Assembly (NCBI GenBank): GCA_021818335.1
Contig: JAKAEJ010000003.1
Coordinates: 23,331 to 87,330, forward strand
Reading direction: 5' to 3'
DNA: 64,000 nt
Source of the DNA: Pseudomonadota bacterium
Lineage (GTDB): Bacteria > Pseudomonadota > Gammaproteobacteria > Xanthomonadales > Rhodanobacteraceae
In this document: positions 23,207 to 32,963 of the stretch, one piece after another
Layout: the number at the start of each line of letters is the position of its first letter
How positions within the stretch are numbered: position 1 is the first letter of the stretch
Translations under genes and position numbers: made by a program
The notes under the pieces: generated by a model
Databases searched by the model: none
Told to the model about the DNA's origin: nothing
Seen by the model: only the letters and a program-made list of their open reading frames with translations

Positions 23207-24451
23207 ATGCTCAATCGATTGTGGCTGGGATTCTTTGTTGCGGCGATGTTGGCCGCGCTGGCGCGTTGGGGAATCGCGGGCGACGCCGCGGTCTTCGGCG
23301 CGATGGTCGACAGCCTATTTTCAATGGCAAGGCTCTCCGTCGCGGTGATGGTGCTGCTCTTCGGCTTGCTGACGCTGTGGCTCGGCATTCTGCGGATTGC
23401 CGAACAGGCGGGTCTCGTGACCATGCTGGCGCGCGCGCTGGGGCCGTTGTTTCGTCGATTGATGCCCGAAGTGCCCGAAGGGCATCCCGCGATCGGCTTG
23501 ATTACCCTGAACTTCGCAGCCAATGTCCTGGGCCTCGACAACGCAGCCACCCCCATTGGACTGCGCGCGATGCACGCATTGCAGGAGCTCAACCCCAGTC
23601 GCGACACCGCCAGCAATGCACAAATTCTTTTCCTTGTGTTGAACGCTTCCTCGCTGACGCTTCTACCCGTAAGCATCTTCATGTATCGCGCCCAGCAGGG
23701 CGCCGCAGATCCGACGCTCGTCTTTTTGCCGATCTTGATTGCGACCAGTGCATCCACGATCACCGGGTTGCTGAGCGTAGCCTTCATGCAGCGATTGCGC
23801 CTCTGGGACCCCGTCGCCCTGGCGTACCTCGGCGGCGGCGGACTGCTCCTCGGTGGACTGCTCGCGTTCCTATCGGCGCTATCCGCCACCGCGCTCGCCA
23901 GCGTGTCGGCGCTCGCAGGCAATCTCGTGCTGATGGTGGTCATCGTGGCGTTTCTAGTGGCCGGGGCCCTGAAGCGCGTACCGGTCTACGAAGCTTTCAT
24001 CGAAGGGGCCAAGGACGGGTTTGGTGTTGCGCGCGACTTGTTGCCCTACCTGACGGCCATGTTGTGCGCCGTCGGCGTGCTTCGCGCCTCGGGTGCCTTG
24101 GGCTACGCCCTCGACGCCATTCAGTATGTGGTCCGGGGACTCGGCTTGAACAGCGCCTTCGTGCCCGCCTTGCCAACTGCGCTGGTCAAGCCGTTCTCGG
24201 GTAGCGCGGCGAGGGCCATGCTGATCGAAACCATGCACCATTACGGTGTCGACAGTTTCCCGGCGCTGGTTGCAGCGACCCTGCAAGGCAGTACGGAAAC
24301 CACTTTCTACGTTGTGGCCGTGTATTTCGGCGCGGTTGGAATCCGGCGCGTGCGCCACACCGTTGGTTGCGCCTTATTGGCCGACCTCGCTGGCATTGTT
24401 GCTTCCATCGCTGTCTGCTACTGGTTCTTCGGGGCCGCCGCACACCGCTAA
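23207..24451 (+). CDS. SpmA/SpmB-fusion nucleoside-recognition (Gate) membrane protein
   Basis: ANVLGLDNAATPIGL, VYEAFIEGAKDGF, KPFSGSAAR, GSTETTFYVVAVYFG. Confidence 0.9.
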   Translation: MLNRLWLGFFVAAMLAALARWGIAGDAAVFGAMVDSLFSMARLSVAVMVLLFGLLTLWLGILRIAEQAGLVTMLARALGPLFRRLMPEVPEGHPAIGLITLNFAANVLGLDNAATPIGLRAMHALQELNPSRDTASNAQILFLVLNASSLTLLPVSIFMYRAQQGAADPTLVFLPILIATSASTITGLLSVAFMQRLRLWDPVALAYLGGGGLLLGGLLAFLSALSATALASVSALAGNLVLMVVIVAFLVAGALKRVPVYEAFIEGAKDGFGVARDLLPYLTAMLCAVGVLRASGALGYALDAIQYVVRGLGLNSAFVPALPTALVKPFSGSAARAMLIETMHHYGVDSFPALVAATLQGSTETTFYVVAVYFGAVGIRRVRHTVGCALLADLAGIVASIAVCYWFFGAAAHR

Positions 24452-24459
24452 CCGCCTCG

Positions 24460-25257
24460 TCAATGCCGGGGTTCGCCGGCGACCAGCTCGGCGCGCATCG
24501 CGCGCAATTTGCCCTTGATGGTCGCTTCGTCCGCAGCACCCGTACGCAGCAGCATCCGTTGACCAATGGATAGCCCTTGCAGAGCAGGATTCGCAAAATT
24601 CCACGTGCCGTGTGGTCCCCGAACCAGACGGGGCGGCGTTGCGCGATCCGGCGCGGCCAGCAGGTTGTCAATCGTCGCGATCAATCGGTCGTTGAAGGCT
24701 CCGTGAGGATATCCGAGGCCCTGGTAGGCTTGTTGGAAGAGCGGATACATGCTCCGGTACCACGCGACGAGTGCGCCGACGGGTACCGAGTCGATCAGTT
24801 GCACGTATGGCTCGTACCGCGTGGCGTTCCCGTAGGCAATGTCGGCATGGCCATCTGCGGTGGAAACCTGGAACGCACCGGATGGTCGATGAACCGGGAG
24901 AATGCCCTCGCCGAGCGAGCGGCCTGGCAAGGCGATGACCGTGGCGACGATGTGTTGAATCAAAAGGGGCGGCCGGAGCAGCTTCCCTAGGGCCGAGGCG
25001 CCAGGCAGTGCGGTGAGCGAATGCATGATCGCGCCGTCGTCACTGAGCGCGGGGAGCGGTGCGACGGCGGATGTCGCCGGCGAGGGGGCCCTCTCGGCAT
25101 GCACCGTTCCGGATGCTGCCGTGGGGGCGGCGGTTTGGACCGCATGCGTTCGGGCCGTGGCGGCGACGCGCTGCCGTGCGTAATAAATCCAGCCACCCAG
25201 TGCCAGCGCGGCAATGAGGACGACGACGATCCAGAACCAGCTCCTATCCTCGGTCAT
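24460..25257 (-). CDS. DUF3014-like membrane-anchored protein
   Basis: N-terminal TM, LPAL..D, RYEPYV, YPLFQQAY..LGYP...FNDRL...ID.LL, LSIGQRMLLR.G. Confidence 0.8.
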   Translation of the reverse strand: MTEDRSWFWIVVVLIAALALGGWIYYARQRVAATARTHAVQTAAPTAASGTVHAERAPSPATSAVAPLPALSDDGAIMHSLTALPGASALGKLLRPPLLIQHIVATVIALPGRSLGEGILPVHRPSGAFQVSTADGHADIAYGNATRYEPYVQLIDSVPVGALVAWYRSMYPLFQQAYQGLGYPHGAFNDRLIATIDNLLAAPDRATPPRLVRGPHGTWNFANPALQGLSIGQRMLLRTGAADEATIKGKLRAMRAELVAGEPRH

Positions 25258-25313
25258 GATGGTCTCCGCACAGCTGATTCAGGTTGGAGCGATGTTGCCA
25301 TCGCGAGTTCCCT

Positions 25314-25514
25314 TCAGCGCCATGCGGGTCCACGCAGCACGCGTACGGGCAGCAGGAACAGGGCTGACAGAAGGGCAAGAGCACCGCCAACCGCGATGCC
25401 AACCATGCGGAAGGGCAAAAGAAGCAGCCACACGATCGGGTACAGGACGAGCGCCACGAGTGCGATCGGCCAGCACAGCACCAGGAGGATGAGCCAGGCC
25501 ATGAACGTGAACAT
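25314..25514 (-). CDS. Small hydrophobic membrane protein (66 aa)
   Basis: MFTFMAWLILLVLCWPIALVALVLYPIVWLLLLPFR..., with a GAGG RBS upstream. Confidence 0.75.
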   Translation of the reverse strand: MFTFMAWLILLVLCWPIALVALVLYPIVWLLLLPFRMVGIAVGGALALLSALFLLPVRVLRGPAWR

Positions 25515-25595
25515 CTCGGCAACCTCGAATCCCGGGGATGCCATCGTCGCGCGTTATGGCTCCAAATTCGAGTCCCCGTGGACAGACCGATGCAT

Positions 25596-27533
25596 TCAAT
25601 CCGGCGATGAAGCGCGTTCGCCAAGGATCAGGGTTTGCAGTCGTTCGCGGAGGTATTCAAAGTATCGATCGATATAGCTGATCCCATTTTCGTCATCGAG
25701 CAGGAAGGGATTCATCAGCGTGTGGCGCAGGATCAGCAGACGATCCGCATCCGCATCGTCGTCGCGGATGCTGCAGGCATCGATCCCCAGCGTATCGAGG
25801 ATGCCCAGGAGGGCATCCCGACCCAGCAGGTCGCTGCGCAACGTCGTGCTCGACGTGAAGAACGCATGCGCTTGCACCGTGCTGCCACGGGTCATGCGCA
25901 GTGGTTCGAGGAATGTCCGCAGCCAGCGATTGGCCTGCCGCAAGTCCCTGTTGCCAACCGGGTTGATCGCGAGGCAGACAAGATTGCTCTCGGGTGGGTA
26001 GGGGATGCAGACGCGCGCCTGTCCTGCGACTTCGCCGATAAAGCGCTGCGCGCGGTCGACGAAGGCCTCCGTTGCAAGAATGGTCTGACGCACCAGCCGC
26101 CCGAAGTGCCGATGGTCCAACGGCATCACTTGATGCGTCACATAGGCCGCTGCCGCGGCCGCGCCCGGCTTTGAGCCTTCGGGAATATAGCGTCCAAGCT
26201 GGCGAAAGCGGGAGAAATAGTCGTCGTCCACTTGGTGGTCGAACACGTAGTCGGCTGATTCTGCGAGCAACGCCATGGCACGCTGATCGTGGCAGACAAA
26301 CGCTCCGACGCCGTACGCCAGATACCCAAGCTTGTGCGGGTCGACGGTGACCGAATCGACCCCGGCGAGTGCAGAGAGTGCGGCGTAGGTCCTCTCACCA
26401 GGGAACCGGGCGTATTCCTTGGAGACATCGCCACGCGGTCTGATGGTCCCATCCTCCTCGCGCAGCACCGTTGCGAGATATCCCCCCCACGCAGCATCGA
26501 CATGGACGGCAAAGCCACAGCCGCGTCCAGTTGCTGCATCGCGAAGCGCCAGAAGCTCATCCAGAGGGTCGATCGTGCCGAATTCGGTACTTCCCAGCAC
26601 CGCAACCGTCAGGAGCGGGCTCTTGCCTTGGCGTTCCAGGTCGGCGAGCTCGCGCTCGCACGCACGCATATCCAGGCGCATTCCCCGCGTCGGGAGCAGC
26701 CGAAGCTGGTCGCGGCCCATGCCGAGCACCTTCAAACCCTTGGCCCAGGAATAGTGGGCGGTCACTGGTGCGAGAACCGGGGCGGGTTCCAGCGTGGGAT
26801 GCCGGGCGAAGAAGCGTGCCTCGCCAAGCTGCTCGATGCGTTCACCAACCAGGCGCCGTTGCCACATGCTGCGCTCGGTCGCATCCAGCGTGCCCAGCCA
26901 GCGCAGCCATTCATCCAGCAGAGCGATCGACTGCCGGGGAGCAAGGCGGAAAGCAGACCGATCGTCTTCGGGCAGATCAAGGCCCGGCGGCGCAATTTGA
27001 CGCAGCGCCACGGGAAAGGACTTGAGCGCCCGAGCGAGGCGTAGGGCTTGCAGATTCGCGATCGTGCCGCCCGAGGTCAGGTGGCCGAAGGCGCACGCAA
27101 CGTCAGCGGGATCACTCGCAAACCCAAGCATGCGAGCCAATTGCAAACCGACCTGAATCTCGAGATCGATGGTGACAGGTGCTGCCTCCGCACTGACGTT
27201 GTTTGGGTTGTAAGGCAACGCCAGCATCTGCGCTGCCAAGCCAGGCAGGAGCAGATCCGAGACCATGTGGCCGAGGTAGCGGGGACTGTGGAACGGCACG
27301 GAACGCTTGAGCGCGGCTGACAGCGCATGCAGTTCGCGGCGCATGCGCGCCTCGAACGCGAGGAACTCGGGTTGCTGTGCTGCGCGCGTGGGAATCGGCG
27401 GAGGATCATCCGGATGCACATTTCGCCGCCAGTAAACGTGGTCGCGCATGAATTCGACGAGGAGCTTTTCCAGGAGTGCGTCGTTTTCACCGTAAGGCCC
27501 GAGGAACGCTGGGTATAGGTAGGGATCAGTCAT
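25596..27533 (-). CDS. Group II PLP-dependent amino-acid decarboxylase (large, tyrosine-decarboxylase-like)
   Basis: PRYLGHM, YNPNNV..EAAP, GHLTSGGTIANL, AHYSW.K, HVDAAWGGY, PLP-lysine motif SVTVDPHKLGY, EGSKPG. Confidence 0.9.
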   Translation of the reverse strand: MTDPYLYPAFLGPYGENDALLEKLLVEFMRDHVYWRRNVHPDDPPPIPTRAAQQPEFLAFEARMRRELHALSAALKRSVPFHSPRYLGHMVSDLLLPGLAAQMLALPYNPNNVSAEAAPVTIDLEIQVGLQLARMLGFASDPADVACAFGHLTSGGTIANLQALRLARALKSFPVALRQIAPPGLDLPEDDRSAFRLAPRQSIALLDEWLRWLGTLDATERSMWQRRLVGERIEQLGEARFFARHPTLEPAPVLAPVTAHYSWAKGLKVLGMGRDQLRLLPTRGMRLDMRACERELADLERQGKSPLLTVAVLGSTEFGTIDPLDELLALRDAATGRGCGFAVHVDAAWGGYLATVLREEDGTIRPRGDVSKEYARFPGERTYAALSALAGVDSVTVDPHKLGYLAYGVGAFVCHDQRAMALLAESADYVFDHQVDDDYFSRFRQLGRYIPEGSKPGAAAAAAYVTHQVMPLDHRHFGRLVRQTILATEAFVDRAQRFIGEVAGQARVCIPYPPESNLVCLAINPVGNRDLRQANRWLRTFLEPLRMTRGSTVQAHAFFTSSTTLRSDLLGRDALLGILDTLGIDACSIRDDDADADRLLILRHTLMNPFLLDDENGISYIDRYFEYLRERLQTLILGERASSPD

Positions 27534-27627
27534 CGCGATGCGGCGTCATTCAGGCAAGGGGCATGCCGCGATCAACGTGGCGATCGACGCGGCCGCCCGA
27601 TTCTGGCCGCGTCAGCTGGCCGGTGGT

Positions 27628-27641
27628 TTGATCCGGGTCAA
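27628..27641 (-). promoter_or_regulatory. FNR/Anr-type box upstream of the decarboxylase
   Basis: TTGATCCGGGTCAA, 1 mismatch to TTGAT-N4-ATCAA. A -10-like CAGAAT lies at 27600-27605 on the minus strand, at class II spacing. Confidence 0.65.
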
Positions 27642-27735
27642 TCGCCATCGCCGGACACCGCCCGTGATGCCATCACCAAGCCGGATACCCTTGCCGACGA
27701 GGCTGGGCGCGTTCTGATCCGTGGATCGGGCCCGC

Positions 27736-28551
27736 TCAGCGACCCTGGTCGCGGTGTGCGGTTTTCGGCGAGAGCGCCATCCAGGCACGCAACGCAAGGA
27801 TCGCCGCAGCGGTCTCGATGAGGGCTGCCGGGATCCATGTAATCAGGCCGCCGTATACCTGATCGGTCATTGCGCTGGTATCGAAGGCGCGCCCGCAAAT
27901 GGAGAAAATCGGGTACAGGTCGACGTGGCTAAAGGTGATGAAGGCACCAACCAGGATCTGGGGTGTCATGCTCAGCAATGGTGAAAGAACGCGAGCGCCA
28001 GGGGCCATTCGTGCTGGCGGGCGCGGCCGATGGTCGAGGACGAGGCTCCAGTAAATCAAGCCGCTTGCCAGCATCGAGAAATTCATGATCCGATAGAGGT
28101 GCACATCCAGCATTGCAAGGGTCATCATCTGTGGGATGAGCCAGAAGATCACCACAGCAATGAACAGCAGGGTTGCCAGTAACGGGGAAAATACGATGGC
28201 CAATGTCACGCGCCAGACCCGGCTACGGCGCAACGGCCGAATGATTCGAGCCCGGTGCCTGACGGTTAGCGCCGAGCGCCATACTGGCAGAGGGCGGCCG
28301 AGAACGATGAGCAGCGGGATGACGTGATGCAGAACTACTTGTTGGATGCGGTCGACGCTGAACTGATGGAGTGCGTAGAAATCAAAATGCGTGAACGAGG
28401 CGATGTACAACAGCCCCATCCCTCCCCAGAAACTCGTGCGGCGCGCAACGGACACGGGTCGCTGGCGTGACCCTCGCGCAAAGAGCAGCGCAGCGACCAA
28501 CCACGTCACGAATAGGAAGATCGAGAAATCGTAGGGAATGAACCAGTGCAT
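27736..28551 (-). CDS. Cytochrome c oxidase assembly factor (caa3-type CtaG family)
   Basis: FSVDRIQQVVLHHVIPLLIVLG, IFWLIP, QILVGAFITF, DQVYGGLITWIP. Confidence 0.8.
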   Translation of the reverse strand: MHWFIPYDFSIFLFVTWLVAALLFARGSRQRPVSVARRTSFWGGMGLLYIASFTHFDFYALHQFSVDRIQQVVLHHVIPLLIVLGRPLPVWRSALTVRHRARIIRPLRRSRVWRVTLAIVFSPLLATLLFIAVVIFWLIPQMMTLAMLDVHLYRIMNFSMLASGLIYWSLVLDHRPRPPARMAPGARVLSPLLSMTPQILVGAFITFSHVDLYPIFSICGRAFDTSAMTDQVYGGLITWIPAALIETAAAILALRAWMALSPKTAHRDQGR

Positions 28552-28612
28552 CGCGGTCCGTACAGGTACCCTAGGTTGGCCGGAATGGCTACGCTGGCGG
28601 GCACGCCTCGGC

Positions 28613-29578
28613 CTAGCGATCGCCGCAACGAGCACAGAAGGCGATCGAGTCCAGATCCACGTTGCCGCCCGAAAGTATCAATCCGACGCGTTTCCCGGCA
28701 AAGCGCTGGGGCAGGGACAGTACCGCAGCCAGAACCGTCGCACTGGATGGTTCAACGACCTGTTTGAGATGTCGCCAGAGGAGCCGCATGGCTTGGCGCA
28801 CGTCATCGTCTTCAACCGTGATTACGTCGGTTCGCCCGTTGCGGAGGATATCGAAATTGGGGACGCCTATTCCGGCGCGAAGTCCATCGCATATCGTCTG
28901 GGGACGGAGTTCCGTAACGCGATGGCCGGACGCCAGTGATCGCGCTGCGTCATCGGCGCCGGCCGGCTCCGCAAGGACCAACTGACACTTGGGCGCAATC
29001 GCCGCGAGCGTGAGCGCGGTGCCCGCCGCCAGTCCGCCCCCGCCCACGGGAACGACCAAGGCATCGAGACCGCCCACGAAGTGGAGCAATTCCAATGCGG
29101 CGGTTCCCTGGCCAGCGATGACCGATGGATCCTCATAGGGATGAACGAGGGTGAGGCCAAGCTCCGACTGAAGCCGCGCGCAGCCTTGCTCGCGGGCGGC
29201 CAACGTCGGTGCACAGCGGTGCAAAGTGGCCCCCGCCCTCTGGATCAGGTCGATCTTGCTGCGCAACGCGCCATCCGGGACCACCACATGAGCAGGAATG
29301 CCACGACTGAGCGCAGCCAATGCCAGAGCCGCGCCGTGGTTGCCGGAAGAATGCGTGAGAACCCCGTGCGCTGCCTCTGTCGGATCCAGGGCCCATACCG
29401 CATTGCAGGCACCACGAAACTTGAACGCACCCCCGCGTTGAAGCTGTTCGCACTTGAAGTGCAATTCAGCGCCGCACAATGAATCCAATTCGGTTTCCCG
29501 AAGAACGGGTGTAACGCGGGCATGCGGGGCGATTCGTGCTGCGGCATCAAGAATGTCGTTGAATCCAGGTCTCTGCAT
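28613..29578 (-). CDS. Fold-type II PLP serine/threonine dehydratase or racemase-like enzyme
   Basis: FKCEQLQRGGAFKFRGA, HSSGNHG, IAGQGT, PVGGGGL, EPS, LSGGNVD. No ACT domain. Confidence 0.92.
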   Translation of the reverse strand: MQRPGFNDILDAAARIAPHARVTPVLRETELDSLCGAELHFKCEQLQRGGAFKFRGACNAVWALDPTEAAHGVLTHSSGNHGAALALAALSRGIPAHVVVPDGALRSKIDLIQRAGATLHRCAPTLAAREQGCARLQSELGLTLVHPYEDPSVIAGQGTAALELLHFVGGLDALVVPVGGGGLAAGTALTLAAIAPKCQLVLAEPAGADDAARSLASGHRVTELRPQTICDGLRAGIGVPNFDILRNGRTDVITVEDDDVRQAMRLLWRHLKQVVEPSSATVLAAVLSLPQRFAGKRVGLILSGGNVDLDSIAFCARCGDR

Positions 29579-29730
29579 GGTGGGAATCCACGGTGGTGTT
29601 TGGCGATCATGCCGCAAGCGGCTTCGGCACGGTTGCCACGCGTGGCCACCCGTCCGGATTTAACGACAACGTCACTGCAAGGCCTTGCGCAGACGCTAAT
29701 CTTGCCCATCTTTTGCCCGTGGACTGACCC

Positions 29731-32403
29731 ATGAAGCACCCTGAAACGGCCAGTGACGATGTACCCCAGCCCAAGACCCGACTTTCCGATTACCGAGCAC
29801 CGGCTTGGCGCATCGTCGAGGTGGAACTGGAGTTCGACCTCGACATTTCGCTGACCGAGGTGCGGGCGCGACTCCGCCTGGCGGCTGCGACTCCCGTTGC
29901 CGAGCCATTGCGGCTGGATGGAGAGGCGTTGAGGTTGATCGAGATCGCGGTTGACGGTCGACCGCTTTCGGTGGGCGATTACGAACATGACTCGCGGGGA
30001 TTGGTGCTGTCGGCGTTGCCCAACCAGTGCATCGTGGAGACTCGGGTTCGTATCGAACCGTCCGCCAACACCGCACTGCAGGGCCTGTACCTGTCGGGGA
30101 CTGCCGAGGAAGGATTCCTGCTTACCCAGTGCGAGGCCGAGGGTTTTCGGCGCATCACGTTCTTTCCCGACCGACCCGATGTGCAGACACGGTACACAGT
30201 GGAACTGCGGGCCGACGCGAAGCGCTTTCCCGTCCTCCTGGCAGGAGGCAACCCGGCCGGTGCAGGGCCACTGCCCGATGGACGCCATTTCGCGCGGTTT
30301 GTAGACCCTCATCCGAAACCGAGTTACTTATTCGCCCTTGTTGCAGGCCGCCTTGAGCGTCTCGGCCGGCAAGTCACGACGGCGGAAGGGCGCAATGTCC
30401 AGCTGAATTTATGGGCGGAGGCGCAATCGATCGACCAGTGCAGGTTCGCCCTCGATGCTCTGGAGCGTGCGATGCGCTGGGATGAGCGCACGTATGGCCG
30501 CAACTATGATCTTGAGGTGTTCCATGTCGTCGCGACCCAGGACTTCAACATGGGAGCGATGGAGAACAAGGGACTCAACATCTTTAACGCGAAATATCTC
30601 CTTGCGGATCCGGACACGACGACGGACGAGGGCTTCCGAGCGGTGGAGGCCGTCGTGGCCCACGAGTATTTCCACAACTGGTCGGGCAATCGCGTGACGT
30701 GTCGGGACTGGTTTCAGCTGTCGCTGAAGGAGGGATTCACGGTGTTCCGCGAACAGTGCTTCAGTGCTGACATGCATTCGCAGGCACTGAAGCGCATCGA
30801 GGACGTGTCCATGCTGCGTCGAACCCAGTTCCCCGAGGATGCCGGGCCGCTCGCCCATCCCGTGCGACCTGTGGAATATGCAGCCATTGACAATTTCTAC
30901 ACTGCCACCGTCTACGAAAAAGGCGCGGAGCTTGTGCGAATGCTGGCGGCTCGGCTGGGACCCGAAGCGTTTCGGCGTGGGACGGACCTTTACTTTGCGC
31001 GGCACGATGGCGGCGCTGCGACCATAGAGGACTTCCTGGCGGCACTCGGGGAGGCTGCAGGCACCGACTTGCATCGATACCTTGCGTGGTATGCGCAGGC
31101 TGGAACGCCGCGACTGTCCGTGCGCTGCCATCACGACGCCGAGCGCCGCCGCTACGTGTTGCGACTGGCCCAGCACACACCGCCGACGCCGGGACAGCCG
31201 CACAAGTTGCCGTTGCCGATCCCGATCAAGCTGGCGCTGTTCACGCGCGATGGCCGCATGCTGCCTCTGCGATTGACAGGCGAGGCAGGTCCTCAGGGCG
31301 AAGAGCGGGTCATTGAATTGCGCGATGCAGCCGCGGAATGGGTGTTCGAGGACGTTCCGGTTCCTGTCGTGCCTTCGCTTCTTCGTGGTTACTCGGCACC
31401 GGTGATTCTCGAATGTGCCTTGCCACCCGATGACATTGCCTTGCAGTTAAGGCATGACCCCGACGGCTTCAACCGGTGGGAGGCTGGGCAACACCTCGCG
31501 CGCGAGGCCTGGCGGGCGATCCTCGCGGGCCTGTCCCATAACGCTGCCCTGGCGGCATGGACGGCAACGCTGGAGACCTTGTTCGGTTCGACCGATTTCG
31601 CCGATGTCGCATTGCTGGCCGATCTCATGACCCCCCCGGCGATCGCCGAACTCGAGGGGTTGGTCGATCCCCATGACCCGGACGGGGTGCATGCTGCGCG
31701 CGAGGGAGTCGAAAACGCACTGGCGGCTGCCTTGGGTGCGGACGCTCTCGCCGGGCGGTATGCCCAGCTAGCGTCCACGGAGGAAGCTTCCGTGGAAGCC
31801 ATGGCGCAGGGCAGGCGTCGGTTGCGGCGCCGGGTGCTGGAGCTCTGGGTGCGCACCGATCCTGCGTCGGCGCTGGCGGCGGCCCAAGCGCAGTTCGAGG
31901 GTGCGCGTACGATGAGTGATCGCCTTGCGGCGCTGCGCGTGCTGGTTCGATACGGTACGAGTGCGCAGCGTTCGATCGTGCTGCGCGCATTCCGAGCGCG
32001 GTATGCGCATCAACCGCTGGTTCTGGACAGTTGGTTTGCGATCCAGGCCGAGGTGCCGGGGCATGGGGCGCTGGAAACGGTGCAGGCGTTGTTGGGCGAT
32101 CCCGCATTCACGTTGCGCAACCCGAACCGCGTCCAGGCGCTTCTGGGCACATTTGCACGCCAGAATCGGACCGGCTTTCATCGTGCCGACGGCGCAGGCT
32201 ATGTCTTGCTGGCTGAGCAGTTGCGATTGCTGGATCAGCTCAATCCCCAGACGGCGGCGCGTCTTGCGACGGCGTTCAATGGATGGTCACGGCTCGAGGA
32301 AGGGCGCCGCGCACTCGTTCAGCAATGCCTGCAAGGATTGGTGGCGACTCCCCACTTGTCCGTCAATCTCTCGGACATCGTCCGACGCTGTCTCGAAGGC
32401 TGA
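29731..32403 (+). CDS. pepN: Aminopeptidase N (M1)
   Basis: TQCEAEGFRRIT, DFNMGAMENKGLN, HEYFHNWSGNRVTCRDWFQLSLKEG, NFYTATVYEKG, NPNR. Confidence 0.97.
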   Translation: MKHPETASDDVPQPKTRLSDYRAPAWRIVEVELEFDLDISLTEVRARLRLAAATPVAEPLRLDGEALRLIEIAVDGRPLSVGDYEHDSRGLVLSALPNQCIVETRVRIEPSANTALQGLYLSGTAEEGFLLTQCEAEGFRRITFFPDRPDVQTRYTVELRADAKRFPVLLAGGNPAGAGPLPDGRHFARFVDPHPKPSYLFALVAGRLERLGRQVTTAEGRNVQLNLWAEAQSIDQCRFALDALERAMRWDERTYGRNYDLEVFHVVATQDFNMGAMENKGLNIFNAKYLLADPDTTTDEGFRAVEAVVAHEYFHNWSGNRVTCRDWFQLSLKEGFTVFREQCFSADMHSQALKRIEDVSMLRRTQFPEDAGPLAHPVRPVEYAAIDNFYTATVYEKGAELVRMLAARLGPEAFRRGTDLYFARHDGGAATIEDFLAALGEAAGTDLHRYLAWYAQAGTPRLSVRCHHDAERRRYVLRLAQHTPPTPGQPHKLPLPIPIKLALFTRDGRMLPLRLTGEAGPQGEERVIELRDAAAEWVFEDVPVPVVPSLLRGYSAPVILECALPPDDIALQLRHDPDGFNRWEAGQHLAREAWRAILAGLSHNAALAAWTATLETLFGSTDFADVALLADLMTPPAIAELEGLVDPHDPDGVHAAREGVENALAAALGADALAGRYAQLASTEEASVEAMAQGRRRLRRRVLELWVRTDPASALAAAQAQFEGARTMSDRLAALRVLVRYGTSAQRSIVLRAFRARYAHQPLVLDSWFAIQAEVPGHGALETVQALLGDPAFTLRNPNRVQALLGTFARQNRTGFHRADGAGYVLLAEQLRLLDQLNPQTAARLATAFNGWSRLEEGRRALVQQCLQGLVATPHLSVNLSDIVRRCLEG

Positions 32404-32498
32404 CCGAGTGGCGGGCAGACTCCCAGCCAGCGGCTTTGCCGTCACGCCGGCTGGCGGCGCCGCGCCATCGCGCCCGGCGCCGCATGGCCGGAGCAGCG

Positions 32499-32687
32499 TT
32501 ATGCCGGTAGATGCTCCAGCGTTTCATTGAGCTTCTGCATGCGCGCATGGATTTGCGGCAGCAATTTGGCGCGGTCTTCCTCGCGGCGCTGCTTCAATGC
32601 ATCGAGCGCCAACTCAAGCGTGCCGACTTCGACCATCAGGTCGTGGCGCTGGCGGATCAGGTTGAAATCAAGGCCAATGGCGGTCAT
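32499..32687 (-). CDS. Hypothetical 62-aa coiled-coil microprotein
   Basis: GGAGG RBS 7 nt before the ATG, helical heptad-like sequence, sigma54 motif about 30 bp upstream. Confidence 0.75.
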   Translation of the reverse strand: MTAIGLDFNLIRQRHDLMVEVGTLELALDALKQRREEDRAKLLPQIHARMQKLNETLEHLPA

Positions 32688-32716
32688 GGCTCATCCTCCG
32701 GGTACACGGGAGATGA

Positions 32717-32733
32717 AGCACGACTCGTGCCAA
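32717..32733 (-). promoter_or_regulatory. sigma54 promoter P3 (for the 62-aa gene)
   Basis: Minus strand TTGGCACGAGTCGTGCT, GG-N10-GC with a TGGCAC -24 box. Confidence 0.75.
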
Positions 32734-32871
32734 GGCATCAGGATGAACACAGACTGCATCGGAATCGGCATGAAGCCGCATCTTTCTTGACACTGCGGGT
32801 CACCGGATGACACCGTGTGCCCGCAGGCGCGTGTTACAGGGTGTTACACGCCGCCCAGTCGAATTGCAGCG

Positions 32872-32953
32872 TTTCTGGCGCCCGGCATCAAGGTCATCCT
32901 GGATTCCCCCTGTTCCTGTGACCGCCGGGCGCCAGATCTTCCCTTGGGCCCGT
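32872..32953 (-). ncRNA. Candidate GGA-rich hairpin RNA downstream of P2 (strand uncertain)
   Basis: Perfect 13-bp inverted repeat 32874-32886/32924-32936 with an inner GGTCA/TGACC stem. Minus-strand loop reads CAGGAACAGGGGGAATCCAGGA. Confidence 0.4.
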
Positions 32954-32963
32954 CCGCGCAGCG

